A DNA stretch of 63,269 nt, the filler included, from Octopus bimaculoides (Eukaryota): assembly GCF_001194135.2 (NCBI RefSeq). It is 5 parts of 5 records of this genome, joined end to end, with 100 filler letters (N's around TTAATTAATTAA, not from the genome) between each part and the next. Parts side by side here need not be neighbours in the genome. Positions count along the whole stretch, not along the records: positions 12,603 to 31,376 come from NC_068999.1; positions 31,477 to 41,724 come from NC_068987.1; 3 more parts are not named here. One strand, 5' to 3'. Shown piece by piece: positions 27,201-38,732 of this stretch. A program made the translations under genes and the position numbers. The notes beneath the pieces are model-generated. The model saw nothing but the letters and a program-made list of their open reading frames with translations. It was not told the origin of the DNA and did not search any database. Positions within the stretch are counted from its first letter, which is position 1, and each line of letters opens with the position of its first letter.

Positions 27201-28124
27201 ATGCAGATAGATAGATAGATATATAGATATATAGATAGATATATAGATAGATAGATAGANNNNNNNNNNNNNNNNNNNNNNNNNNNNNNNNNNNNNNNNN
27301 NNNNNNNNNNNNNNNNNNNNNNNNNNNNNNNNNNNNNNNNNNNNNNNNNNNNNNNNNNNNNNNNNNNNNNNNNNNNNNNNNNNNNNNNNNNNNNNNNNNN
27401 NNNNNNNNNNNNNNNNNNNNNNNNNNNNNNNNNNNNNNNNNNNNNNNNNNNNNNNNNNNNNNNNNNNNNNNNNNNNNNNNNNNNNNNNNNNNNNNNNNNN
27501 NNNNNNNNNNNNNNNNNNNNNNNNNNNNNNNNNNNNNNNNNNNNNNNNNNNNNNNNNNNNNNNNNNNNNNNNNNNNNNNNNNNNNNNNNNNNNNNNNNNN
27601 NNNNNNNNNNNNNNNNNNNNNNNNNNNNNNNNNNNNNNNNNNNNNNNNNNNNNNNNNNNNNNNNNNNNNNNNNNNNNNNNNNNNNNNNNNNNNNNNNNNN
27701 NNNNNNNNNNNNNNNNNNNNNNNNNNNNNNNNNNNNNNNNNNNNNNNNNNNNNNNNNNNNNNNNNNNNNNNNNNNNNNNNNNNNNNNNNNNNNNNNNNNN
27801 NNNNNNNNNNNNNNNNNNNNNNNNNNNNNNNNNNNNNNNNNNNNNNNNNNNNNNNNNNNNNNNNNNNNNNNNNNNNNNNNNNNNNNNNNNNNNNNNNNNN
27901 NNNNNNNNNNNNNNNNNNNNNNNNNNNNNNNNNCATATATATATGTCTACACCTCTGTATATATGTAAATATATAAATATAATATATATGCATATAAATT
28001 TACATATCCATATATGTATATATGTTTGTATGCATGTGCATATATGTATATTTATATATATGTGTGTGTGTTTATAGATATATATGCATATGTATGCATT
28101 CATCTATGAATGTATGTAATTATA

Positions 28125-28174
<50 letters not shown>

Positions 28175-29129
28175 CGTGTGTATGTATGTGTGTGTGTGTG
28201 TTTGTGTGTGTGTATGTGTGTGTGTGTGTGTGTATCTCTCTATCTATCTATCTCGTTGCACTAATATCTATATAAATATAGCAATATAATTGTTTGGTGA
28301 ATTATATGAAACACGCTAAAAATCATTCACACAAAGAATAATATATATGTATACAATTATTTCTCTTGACTTCTGGCAATTTTGCTGAAAACGAGCCACT
28401 GGAAAGAACGAAATAGATCACTGTCTTGGCATTCAATGATTCTAATTACAATACTGAACGCTTCACTTGTTGTGTTTCCAATAAAATTTACCATCATTTC
28501 ACTTGTCTGTCTTATATCTCATATTCTTGTTTTAATACCTTGAAGTTTAGATCGCTAATACATAAATAATACAAAAAATAAAAAAAACAAGAACTAATAT
28601 ATATATATAATTTCGATTCGTGTATACGCATATATTTCAACGTTTTTGGCTACTGATGTAATGATTGTATGTATCAATACATGACCCCCCCCCCCCCAAC
28701 ACACACACACAACGACACTCTCACGCACACACAAAACTACACAAACACACACGCACATACACACACGCACAAGAGCACACAGAATTACATGTAGATAGTG
28801 AGAAGGATAAATGGATAGAGAGAAACAAACGTAGTGATTATATGTTTTCGAAATAATTTTGCACACCCACACTTTCAAATTAAAATTCAAAATGATTATA
28901 AACGAACATCACGCTTGAAATTCTCGGAGTACCACCGAATCTTAATGAAATTGTTTTGATCCATACATGTAACTCCCAATAAATGTTTTGACTGCAGTTT
29001 TTGTTTGTCAACGAAGTCGTATATAGAGAGTTCTGTGAATAAATTGCTGTATGAATCAAGCAAAAATTAACGTAACACTAACATGTCATATATTTACCAA
29101 AATTACGTAAAAATATCTTATATATATTT

Positions 29130-30030
29130 AATAAATTCACCACCGGCTTCTACTGTGGATGACTATGACAATCTCTTTGAAAATCTCTTTGTTTCACTTG
29201 ATAAATGCTGCCATAATCCTTGTCTTCAGTTCATCTTTTATTTTACAAAGAATTGTGTTGGTCACTCGCTCAACTACGCTCCACGCATCATAATCAAGAG
29301 GATTACAGTCTGGGGATTTACGTGGCTAGATGTTAGGGGTGACGCAGTCGCATGTGACATGGTGCAGACTCCTGTTGCCAGGCATATGGTCTTCCGGTAG
29401 CCACTCCCTTGACTCACGGCAGCACTACTACCTCCAGCTACTTCATGTAGGACTCTATGATGAATATCAGGCTGTGTAGCAGGATCAATAGAGACACAAT
29501 GTCACCAACACTAGTAATTACTCCAACCACTATGATGTTGACTGGATGTTTGATTGCTATCACTCAGTACATGTTTTGGGGACACGACAAGCCAAATTTC
29601 AATCATGTGATCCTAGCAGAATTTTTTCACGTCTGAGAAAAACCAATGCATTTTCAGTTGAAGGAGACGCTAGAATTTGATCTAAATCTTTGAGGCGTGG
29701 TGTTTCTTTTTGTTCTTGATGCGTTGGATCAAATATTGGCCCTTTTTCATCTTGTATGAGGAATTCCGAATGTCTTCATGCACCACCTGCCTGATAAGAA
29801 ACTGAGACACTCCCATATCCCTGGTGATGGATCTCAATGATTGGGAGCAACATATTAAGTAGTTACTTTCTTATCACAATAATCAGAGTTAGTTTTCCAA
29901 GTTGTCGTACCTTTCTAATAACTTTGGAATTGTCTCCACTCTCCTCCGATTGACAACCAGGCACTCTGAATAGCTTCTACTGGAGCTTCCAGCGCGAATG
30001 CCAAACAGCACAGCTTCTCGTTTCCAAATT
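29130..30030 (-). mobile_element. Decayed Tc1/mariner-superfamily transposase (maT/DD37D-like)
   Basis: Minus-strand motifs WFFSDVKKF, IKHPVNIIVVGVITSVGD, GRPYAWQQESAPCH, SPDCNPLDY and DELKTRIMAAF. Frameshifts and deletions. TIRs not identified. Confidence 0.7.
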
Positions 30031-30825
30031 TTTGGCATTTGGTGTTTTTCTTACAGACAGTGGCCAACTGAACCTATCACCCTGTTGTCGACAAAATCAA
30101 AAACAATCAATGCGCATACGTGAAATCAAAAATATAATATCAAATGGCGACAATTTATCCATCGCACACCGTATATATATANNNNNNNNNNNNNNNNNNN
30201 NNNNNNNNNNNNNNNNNNNNNNNNNNNNNNNNNNNNNNNNNNNNNNNNNNNNNNNNNNNNNNNNNNNNNNNNNNNNNNNNNNNNNNNNNNNNNNNNNNNN
30301 NNNNNNNNNNNNNNNNNNNNNNNNNNNNNNNNNNNNNNNNNNNNNNNNNNNNNNNNNNNNNNNNNNNNNNNNNNNNNNNNNNNNNNNNNNNNNNNNNNNN
30401 NNNNNNNNNNNNNNNNNNNNNNNNNNNNNNNNNNNNNNNNNNNNNNNNNNNNNNNNNNNNTAATATATCAATGATGATATACAAATATGTTATACTACGA
30501 TAACATTAGTAAATTCGTAAATACCAGTAATGAAGAGACGATAGAAGGCGACCGTATCAAATGAATAACAGAAATATTTATTGTGGCATTAAAGTGTATG
30601 TCTGTGTGAGAGTTTGAATGCGACATATAACAACATAATTAAAGACAGGCCGTCGTACAAAGAAAAGTATGTATGTGAGTGATACATGTATGTGTATGTG
30701 AGATATTACAGCAGATAGAAAGAGTCAGTAACACGTGAGCATTTATACCAGTTCTTGAGTACACATTAGTATGAGTCTGTATGTGAAAGGAGTTGAGGCT
30801 GTGTGTGGCAGGGCTGATCACTAGT

Positions 30826-31376
30826 TGTGATTGGGTGGCTTCCATGCCGGGCCGTGACTCTTGTTATACAGATGTTCGTCGCTGGCTGAGATCTCTTGTC
30901 TGTTTATTATCGTGGTGAAGCTAAGTCACCTAACAGAATCGAAGAGAGAGATGTGCCGCGGTGGTTTAGTTTCGTGTACATAGTAAGTCGTGTAGACGCT
31001 GGTGGAGATTGATGCTGGTTAATAGTAATCGTAGAATCGTGTTGGTCATGACGATGATGCTGGTTAGTAGTCGTAGACTCATGTTGCTGATGTGGCGGCG
31101 TTGTTGGTGGTCATCGTTGGACGAAGCTGCTGATGTGTCGCTGGCTGCCGTTGCTGCTGCTGTCGTGTGGTACACGGAATAGATGTCAAAAAGAAACTGA
31201 ACCGAGACCTTTTTCTGGGTATGAGTTGATCTATTTATAGCGAATTATCGGCTCCCGAAGGCTTCAGAAAAATACTCTATCACGTGACCTTATTAGGGGC
31301 CGTGATTGGTCAGTTTGCGTTCTGGCGGGAACGGTTCCAAGAAGTTGCCGCTTCGAATATTAATCAGTCACGTGAT
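30826..31376 (-). mobile_element. Probable LTR (minus strand) followed by a PBS-like sequence
   Basis: On the minus strand: CACGTG x2, CCAAT, CTATAAATA, AATAAA and a ..TCACA end followed by ACTAGTGATCAGCCC. 5' end lost in the gap. Confidence 0.4.
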
Positions 31377-31477
31377 NNNNNNNNNNNNNNNNNNNNNNNN
31401 NNNNNNNNNNNNNNNNNNNNTTAATTAATTAANNNNNNNNNNNNNNNNNNNNNNNNNNNNNNNNNNNNNNNNNNNNT

Positions 31478-32310
31478 TCTAATGGGATGGTTGAGCGATT
31501 TCATAGGCAACTGAAGGCTGCCTTACGCGCCTCGCCCAACCCACAGTCTTGGGTTGAATTTCTTCCGGTCGTCCTCCTTGGATGCCGGACTGCGGTCAAA
31601 GCTGACCTGGGTTTCTCCTCGGCGGAGCTTCTTTGCGGTACCACACTGGCGTTGCCTGGTACGATGGTGGTACCAGACTCGTCACAACCACCACATCCAG
31701 AGTCCTATGTTACTCGGTTGCGTGAGTATTTCTCCAATCTTCCAGCTATGGGTCCCAGACAACAGTCACCTCCTCTCAAGTGCTAGCAGACATTGAGTCT
31801 TGGTCTCATGTGTTCATTAGGGATGATTCTGTCAAAGGACCCCTTGTTTCTCCCTATAAAGGACCCTTTCATGTGCTTTCTCGCACTCCAAAGTTCTTCC
31901 AGGTCGACGCTAATGGTCGTACAGAGGTTGTGTCTGTCGACCGTCTGAAAAAAGCGTACCTTGAAAAACCCTCAACTTCCGTGGACGACGTGCCCGTTTT
32001 TCAAACACTGCACACACCACTGTCAACATCATTACCACCACACACACCACTGTCAACATCATTACCACCACACACACCACTGTCAATATCATTACCACCA
32101 CACACACCACTGTCAACATCATTACCACCACACACACCACTGTCAACATCTTTACCAATGCATATACCAACATCAACACCATCACAAGCACACACACCAG
32201 AAACCACTCCACCTTCGTCGTTGCGACAAAACTCAAGTGACCCTTATGTCACTGGATCTGGCAGGACAGTGCATTGGCCAAAGAAACTGGCAAAGACTAT
32301 TTACGTTTAA
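31478..32310 (+). mobile_element. Gypsy/Ty3 integrase C-terminal fragment
   Basis: NGMVERFHRQLKAAL..WVEFLPVVLLGCRT, GPY/F-type motif SPYKGPFHVL..VSVDRLKKAY, tail YVTGSGRTVHWP. One frame break near 31785. Confidence 0.88.
32011..32160 (+). repeat. 30-bp tandem repeat, 5 units, in frame within the integrase tail
   Basis: Unit CACACACCACTGTCAACATCATTACCACCA, encoding HTPLSTSLPP. Confidence 0.95.
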
Positions 32311-32736
32311 CTTATTGTATTTCATTGGACAATTTCAGTGCTTTCTTATCGAATATTTTCTTTCCTTTCAGGAAACCCCCCCCAAAAATCAGACTTTTAC
32401 ATCGCGTGATTCCAGTTTTCCTGGACAGTGGTCATCACGGTTGTTTTGTCATTGTCTATTTTAGTTTTCACTAGGTGGCACTTACTGCCCATTTACTTGC
32501 ATGTTTTCTTTCCTCAATTCTTTTGTACATTGCATGCATGTATCNNNNNNNNNNNNNNNNNNNNNNNNNNNNNNNNNNNNNNNNNNNNNNNNNNNNNNNN
32601 NNNNNNNNNTCATTTCTTTGATTTTTCTTTATATATATATTTGTGCCACATCTTGTGGGTGGTTTCGGTAGCCATCTTGCCTCAGGCGCCACTCCAATTT
32701 TTCCATTTTCGTGCTTCCGCACTCGAGGGGGAGCCA

Positions 32737-33160
32737 TGTAGTGGTGCCTAAAATCAATCGCCATTTCCGGAGAGTTTATCCACGCATGCGCAGGGACAGG
32801 GACTAGTTCCGGAAGGAATACAGGAAGAGTCTCATGCGCATGCGTAGTCATCCATATCCAAGCGTTCGCGCGTACTTCGATCTCTTTGCCCGCTGACCTT
32901 CGTGGTGGCTAGACGTCGCAATGGCAGCTCTCTGACAACCCAACACTGGAGCTACACAGATAACCAGAGAGTAGGAAAACGATTTCTAACCACGCAACGT
33001 CATTGACGGCGTCTCATCTAACCAAGGGGCGACGTACTGCTGAATTCCCTACTAGTGTGAGCAGAATTCTATTGTAATAAAAATATTGTTGTGTTGTTCG
33101 TTTAGAGCCTGCATTCCGTTTTCTTCTTTGAGAAATTTAATGTACGGAATCGGAATACAC
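32737..33160 (+). mobile_element. Gypsy 3' LTR preceded by a polypurine tract
   Basis: GAGGGGGAG (32726-32733) then TGTAGTGG start. Internal GCGCATGCG-type motifs and AATAAA near 33077. Right boundary approximate. Confidence 0.6.
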
Positions 33161-33164
33161 CTAA

Positions 33165-36100
33165 TGGTGTATAACCACTTCCCTACAGATTAAAATACCT
33201 TCATTAGAAGATCCCCCCAGTCTTTTGGTTGACCTTTTGACTGAGGCTTCGCCTTTCTCTACCGAATTTCTTAAGCGCATTCGCGCCTACAACTGCGCCT
33301 TCCAAATGACTTTATTTGGGGCTAACATCATTAGAGAAGGAGAATTCATGCCATCCTTTAAAGTTCAGGGGCAAATATATCACAGGTTTAGTTCTCTCTA
33401 GCCAGTCGATACTGCGTCGCCTCAGTTTCTACAACTTTACTTCGTTGGCGACTATGCAAACCAGGCTACCAGACGGTAGTCCTTCTTACCTGGTACCAAC
33501 CTAGCCTTAATACGTCAGCTCCACGAGTTGATTCACGAAACAAACAGCTATGTTCACAGTTTTAAGTATGCCTTAGAAATAGCTGACTCTTCAGAGTTCA
33601 CATTAGTTATCAATGCAGATCATAGGCCTTCTGGGCAACAGGCTCGCGCTATAACGAGCTCTCGTGTAATGAGGTTGTGGTGCTTATTCAAGGTGAACAA
33701 CACCAAAATAGGGACATAGTCTTGTGCCGCCAAAACGATGCGCTCCAACGAATTTGCAAAACCCATAGGTCCTATGACGCACTTCAGTATCCCCTACTTC
33801 ATACTCATAGAGAAGACGGTTTTCACTTAAACACTCCCCAGCAAAATCTATGCTGTTAAAATTGGGTCTCAGCGCTTACAATACATACGGTTGAATCAAG
33901 CTAAGCTACGGGTTGAAAAGTACATCCATCTCAGAGATAGCATCAATANNNNNNNNNNNNNNNNNNNNNNNNNNNNNNNNNNNNNNNNNNNNNNNNNNNN
34001 NNNNNNNNNNNNNNNNNNNNNNNNNNNNNNNNNTCAAGCTAAGCTACGGGTTGAAAAGTACATCCATCTCAGAGATAGCATCAATAGCAATGTTACCCCT
34101 AGAAGGATAGGCCAATTTTGCATCCGTCTTCCTTTACTAGTAATCCTCGATATATGCACGAACGTACGCAAGATGCCATGATTTACGTTCGGTACTACGG
34201 TGGGCCCGACCTTTTCATTACCCTCACTTGTAATGCCAGGGTGAATGAAATATAAGTGAGTCTTCTGCCCGGTTAACAACCCCATGATAGGCCTGATGTC
34301 ATCGCAAGAGTTTTTAGACTGAAACTACTTAAATTCAAAGATCTCCTCACCAATGGCCAAATATTTGGCCATGTTAAAAACTTCATGTTCACTGTTGAGT
34401 GACAAAAGAGAGGCATGCCTCACGTACACAGACTTCTGTGGTTAAGTCAGAAAATAAATTCAAATGACAGACAGGCTAATTTCTGCTGAAATACCTGATC
34501 CGGGCATTGATAGTGAACTCTATGGCATAGTGAAATCTAATATGGTCCATAGCCCTTGTGGGCCTGCCTTCACAAGGAAAGATTACTTGATAAATGGTGT
34601 ATGCTCTAAGAAATATCCCCCAAAATTTGTGTTCCAGACTCAAACTGCTCAAGACAGGTACCCACTGAATAGGTGTAGGAAGCCATGCGATAGAGGCTTA
34701 ACCTTAACAATAGGGAAATTCGAAGTTGACAATAGATGAATAGTACCTTACTGTCCGCTTCTTTCAAAGACATTTAAAGTGCATATCAACGTTAAATTTT
34801 GCAATTCCATCAAATCAATCAAATATGTCTGCAAATACGTTAACAAAGGGTCCAATGCCGCCATGTTTGGCCTCTAAGGCATCAATCAACACGATGAAGT
34901 AATGCAATACTAGGCTGCACGGTACATAAGCAGCAATGAAGCGTTTTGGCGTATTTTTGGTTTTCCAACACACGAAAGGTATCCTGCCATTGTCCAGCTT
35001 GCTGTTCATCTGGAAAACGGCCAAAGAGTGTATTTCAGTGAAGCCGCTGATGCCCAGGTAGCACAGGCTCCATAAGATACTACACTTACTGCGTTTTCTA
35101 AACTTTGTCAGGTTGATCTTTTTGCACGGACACTCCTTTACCCACAAGTTCCATCCTACTACACCCAGAACAACAAGACGTGGAGGAGAAGGAAGACAGG
35201 TAAAACTGTTGAAGGGCACGAAGGCATTAAGTTCGATGATTGCCTTGGGCGCGTTTATACAGTGCACCCAAATCAGACTGAGTGCTTTCATCTCCGTCTT
35301 CTTCTACACGAAGTAACAGACCCAACTTGCTTTCAGGATTTAAGAACTGTGGATGAAAACGTTTTTGTGACATACAAGGAGGCATTTTAACAGCGTGGTC
35401 TTCTTGAAGATGATGGGCAGTGGCAAGCCTGCTTATCAGAGGCTTGTGTATCCAAATCGCCTGGAAGCCTTAGAACACTTTTTGCTGTTATACTGCACAA
35501 TTGTGCACCCAGTAGCCCGTATTTTTTGTGGCTTCAATTTAGGAATGACCTGTCTGAGGACTTTAGGCGAGCCGTTCAGCTTCGATTCCCTACTTTAAAC
35601 ATAGGTTTCACCGATACAATATACAACCTAGCGCTGATTGAGATTGAAAAATGTTCGTAACTAGACTTATTCTTGCAAAAGTAAGGCTACAAAAGTGCAT
35701 CACAATAGCTGTAGCAACTTCAAGCATAGCTGCTACTCTGCTCCCTGGTGGTAGGACTGCACACTCTACGTTTAAGCTTCCCCTTAACCTCGCAAGTTCA
35801 CCAACGCCTGTTTGTAACATTTCAAAGACGTCAGACAATGGGCAATTGCTCGCACAATGCCACTTGATTGTTTGGGATGAATGCACAATGGCTCACAAGG
35901 GTGCCCTTGAGGCATTAAATAGAACTTTGCGAGACATAAAGGAAAGCCACGAACCATTTGGGGGTGTCACTGTGTTGCTATCTGGGGACTTTAGACAAAC
36001 CTTGCCAGTAATTCTAAAAGGCACAAGGGCAGATGAAGTAATGGCATGTCTTAAGTCTTCACCTGTATGGGGTAATGTTGTTACTTAAGTTAGAATCCAA

Positions 36101-37148
36101 CATGAGAGCGCGCCTCCATGAGGACCCATTGTCAGAAGATTTTGCGAGGGACATTCTTCTTGGCAATGGTGAAGTTCCAGAAGACGGAAATGAAGATGCT
36201 GACATAAGTAACATTTGCACAATAGCCAGTAGTGTCCAGTGTCCTTAAGACCAGGTCTTCCCAGGTCTAGAAGTCCACAACAGAGATCTAGATTGGCTTT
36301 GCCAAAGAGCCATTTTGGCTCTTAAAAACGTTGTGGTCAGTGCAATCAACAACAGCCTCTTATTGCGTTTGCCTGGGGACATGACAGTCTATAAGTCAGT
36401 AGACACCGTTCCCAATCAGGGTGAGGTAGTTGATTATCCCACTGAATTTTTGAATTCCTTGGAGCCATCAAATGTACCTCCACATATTATTACTCTTCAA
36501 GTAGGTAGCCCTGTTATGCTGATAAGGAATTTAAATCCATCGACGTTGTGTAGTGGTACACGCCTTGTTATCACAAAATTACTTCCCAATGTCATTGAAG
36601 CATCGATTATGACCGTCTGTGGTAAAAGTCAAGACGTCTTGATACTGCGAATTCCCCTTGTGCCTTCGACTACTGACTTACCATTCACATTCCGCAGAGT
36701 GCAGTTTCCGATTAGACTCAGTTACGCCATGTCCATTAATAAGTCTCAGGAGCAGTCGCTGTCTGTCGTTGGACTTTACTTAGCCGAACGATGCTTTTCA
36801 CACGGTCAGCTGTATGTTGGCTGCTCAAGAGTGGGTTGTAGGAACAGTTTACATGCCTTCATCCCCCAGGGGAAAACTAAAAATGTTGTTTATAAGAAAG
36901 TTTTGTAGACTTGCTGTACTGGCGCCATATTTCAGTCCTACATTATTGCTGTTATAATTTTTGTTGCTTTATTTTTTCACTTGATTGTTGTCGTAATATT
37001 ACACGTACAGTTCCCTTAAAGAGTTACTTAGGTGTTAGTCTTTCCATAAAGCGTGAAATGTGCTTAGAGGAGGGGGTGTTAATCGCTTTATTAGTTTCTA
37101 AGCCTTTTCGAGCTAACGCACCCGGGCAGCGCCGGGTACGCCTGCTAG
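33165..37148 (+). mobile_element. Decayed autonomous Helitron (Rep HUH + PIF1-like helicase), 5'-truncated or interrupted
   Basis: IRAYNCAFQMT, FKVQGQIYH, HRSYDALQYPL, PDLFITLTCN, KRGMPHVH, SIKYVCKYVNKG, HLENGQRVYF, ATLLPGGRTAHSTFKLP, IVWDECTM, FGGVTVLLSGDFRQTLPV, QFPIRLSYAMSINKSQ, SHGQLYVGCSRV. Many stops and frameshifts. 3' hairpin plus CTAG|T. Confidence 0.93.
37121..37148 (+). other. Helitron 3' terminal hairpin and CTAG end
   Basis: CCCGG-gcagcg-CCGGG (37121-37136), then CTAG at 37145-37148 followed by T. Confidence 0.85.
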
Positions 37149-37417
37149 TATTGGAAAAAAAAAACATGCTGAGTGGAAATTTCAAAGAGTGAACGATCTG
37201 AGATATATCGATGATAAGAAGAGGTGAAATTATCGTGTCGGAAGTGAGCTTGAATGCAAGTGACATGAGACTAGTTAGCTCTGAGGATCAGACAACTTTT
37301 GTACAGTAAAAAATACATAGTGAGGAAACAGCCGGTTTGTGAGTGGGAAGTTGGAGTGTATTTATGAGTGATTTCATGCCAATTGGCCGAGTGTTCTACC
37401 TTCTGATGTGGTATAGA

Positions 37418-37453
<36 letters not shown>

Positions 37454-37549
37454 TGGTGGCAGGGCATGTGAAGTAACAACCCCGTCTCGGATGTGGAAAT
37501 AGTACTTCATTATGGTTCACACTTGAATTTTGTAGAGGGTAAATGATGT

Positions 37550-38280
37550 GTGTGTCTGTATGTCTGTGGAGAGACTGGAGTACTTTCTAGTTCTGAAAAG
37601 GAAGCCCAATGTTTGAGAAGCAGTTTATACTTTGCTAAGAACGTGCGTTCGCCAGGAAAGATCTTCTGTAATGGTAAAGCTTTACATTTGATGCGATCAT
37701 GAAGGTTCTAGCTGTGTACTGTTTATATTTTTGTTGGAGGTGGAGAATACGACAATATTTTCTTAATATGTGTAGTGATTGTAGCTTTATGTTGTGGAAG
37801 AGAATAAGATTAGCGTGACCTTATACTGGAAAATGTCCACGAGGTCTCTTAGTTGAGTCAGTACAGATTTAGTGTATGGTGTCTTGGTGAAAATGAACAT
37901 TTCTTGGACGCACAAGGAAAGGTGTCTAGGTGCAAGTGAGTAGCGTTTAGATACACATGGTGTAATATCTAGATGTAAGTGAATAGCGTTTGGATGCACA
38001 AGGTATGATGTCTAGGCGCAAGTGAATGGCGTTTAATGCACAAGGTATGGAAGGAATGAACATCTGTGTAGGAATGGGCGTTATCAGAAGTGAAGGTAAG
38101 TATATAGAGAAAGAGTGTCGTTGTTAAATCAGAGTTGGTAGAATGTGGTTCCAAGAGAGGTCTATCCAAAGCAAAGTGTATATTACCCAATACATTGTTT
38201 TCGTAAGACGGTAGTGCCATTTGAAAGAGACTTGACTGGTATTCCTAACAGTTGGAGAGACCATACAGAGATTTCCTAAT
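37550..38280 (-). mobile_element. Penelope-like element relic (post-RT Cys motif and GIY-YIG region) with about 43-bp tandem duplication
   Basis: Minus-strand DTFPCASKKC, PRGHFPV and ENIVV resemble the PLE 'GTFPCxxxRCxTC..GP.G.F....FTC...NVVY' segment. The unit is repeated about 3 times at 37910-38050. Confidence 0.5.
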
Positions 38281-38732
38281 TGACTCATTTTTATGGTTGT
38301 TTTGGGAGATCGTTATCATTGAAAAATAGACAAACATGGTGATTTGTATTTGGTCGCTTTACTGGTCCTGTCTCAGAATATAACATAGATGTAAGAAAGG
38401 ATAGAGAGATATCTATGATCATATAAAGTGTTAGATCAGACAAGAAGTTAGCTAGGTAGATTGAGAGAAAGCGGTGAGGCCCTCTGTTATTGACGTAAAA
38501 ACTTCGTTTAATAAACAAAATGAGATATAACTCTCGTTACAAGAGATGACCCCTGTTATTGTCCGATCCTTGATTTAAATAAACATATTCAGAATCATAT
38601 TTCATGACGTCATAATTTATTTCTACTTATTACAAATTAACAAATGTTACCAAAAACTCACAAATCGCAATGATAAAGCAAGGGGTATAGGGGCGTATTT
38701 CATCTTTCGTATTTCATCTTTCGGGTTTCTCA

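Noticed and set aside
31961-32464. His/Cys-rich 167-aa ORF suggesting a metal-binding protein
   Set aside because: It is an alternative frame of the 30-bp tandem repeat in the Gypsy tail.
33896-34086. 53-bp exact direct repeat on both sides of an N gap in the Helitron
   Set aside because: Identical sequence at both gap edges is typical of an unmerged contig overlap.
37910-38050. Short regularly spaced repeats as a CRISPR-like array (also 32011-32160, 45900-45985)
   Set aside because: The units are tandem with no unique spacers, there are no cas genes, and the context is eukaryotic.
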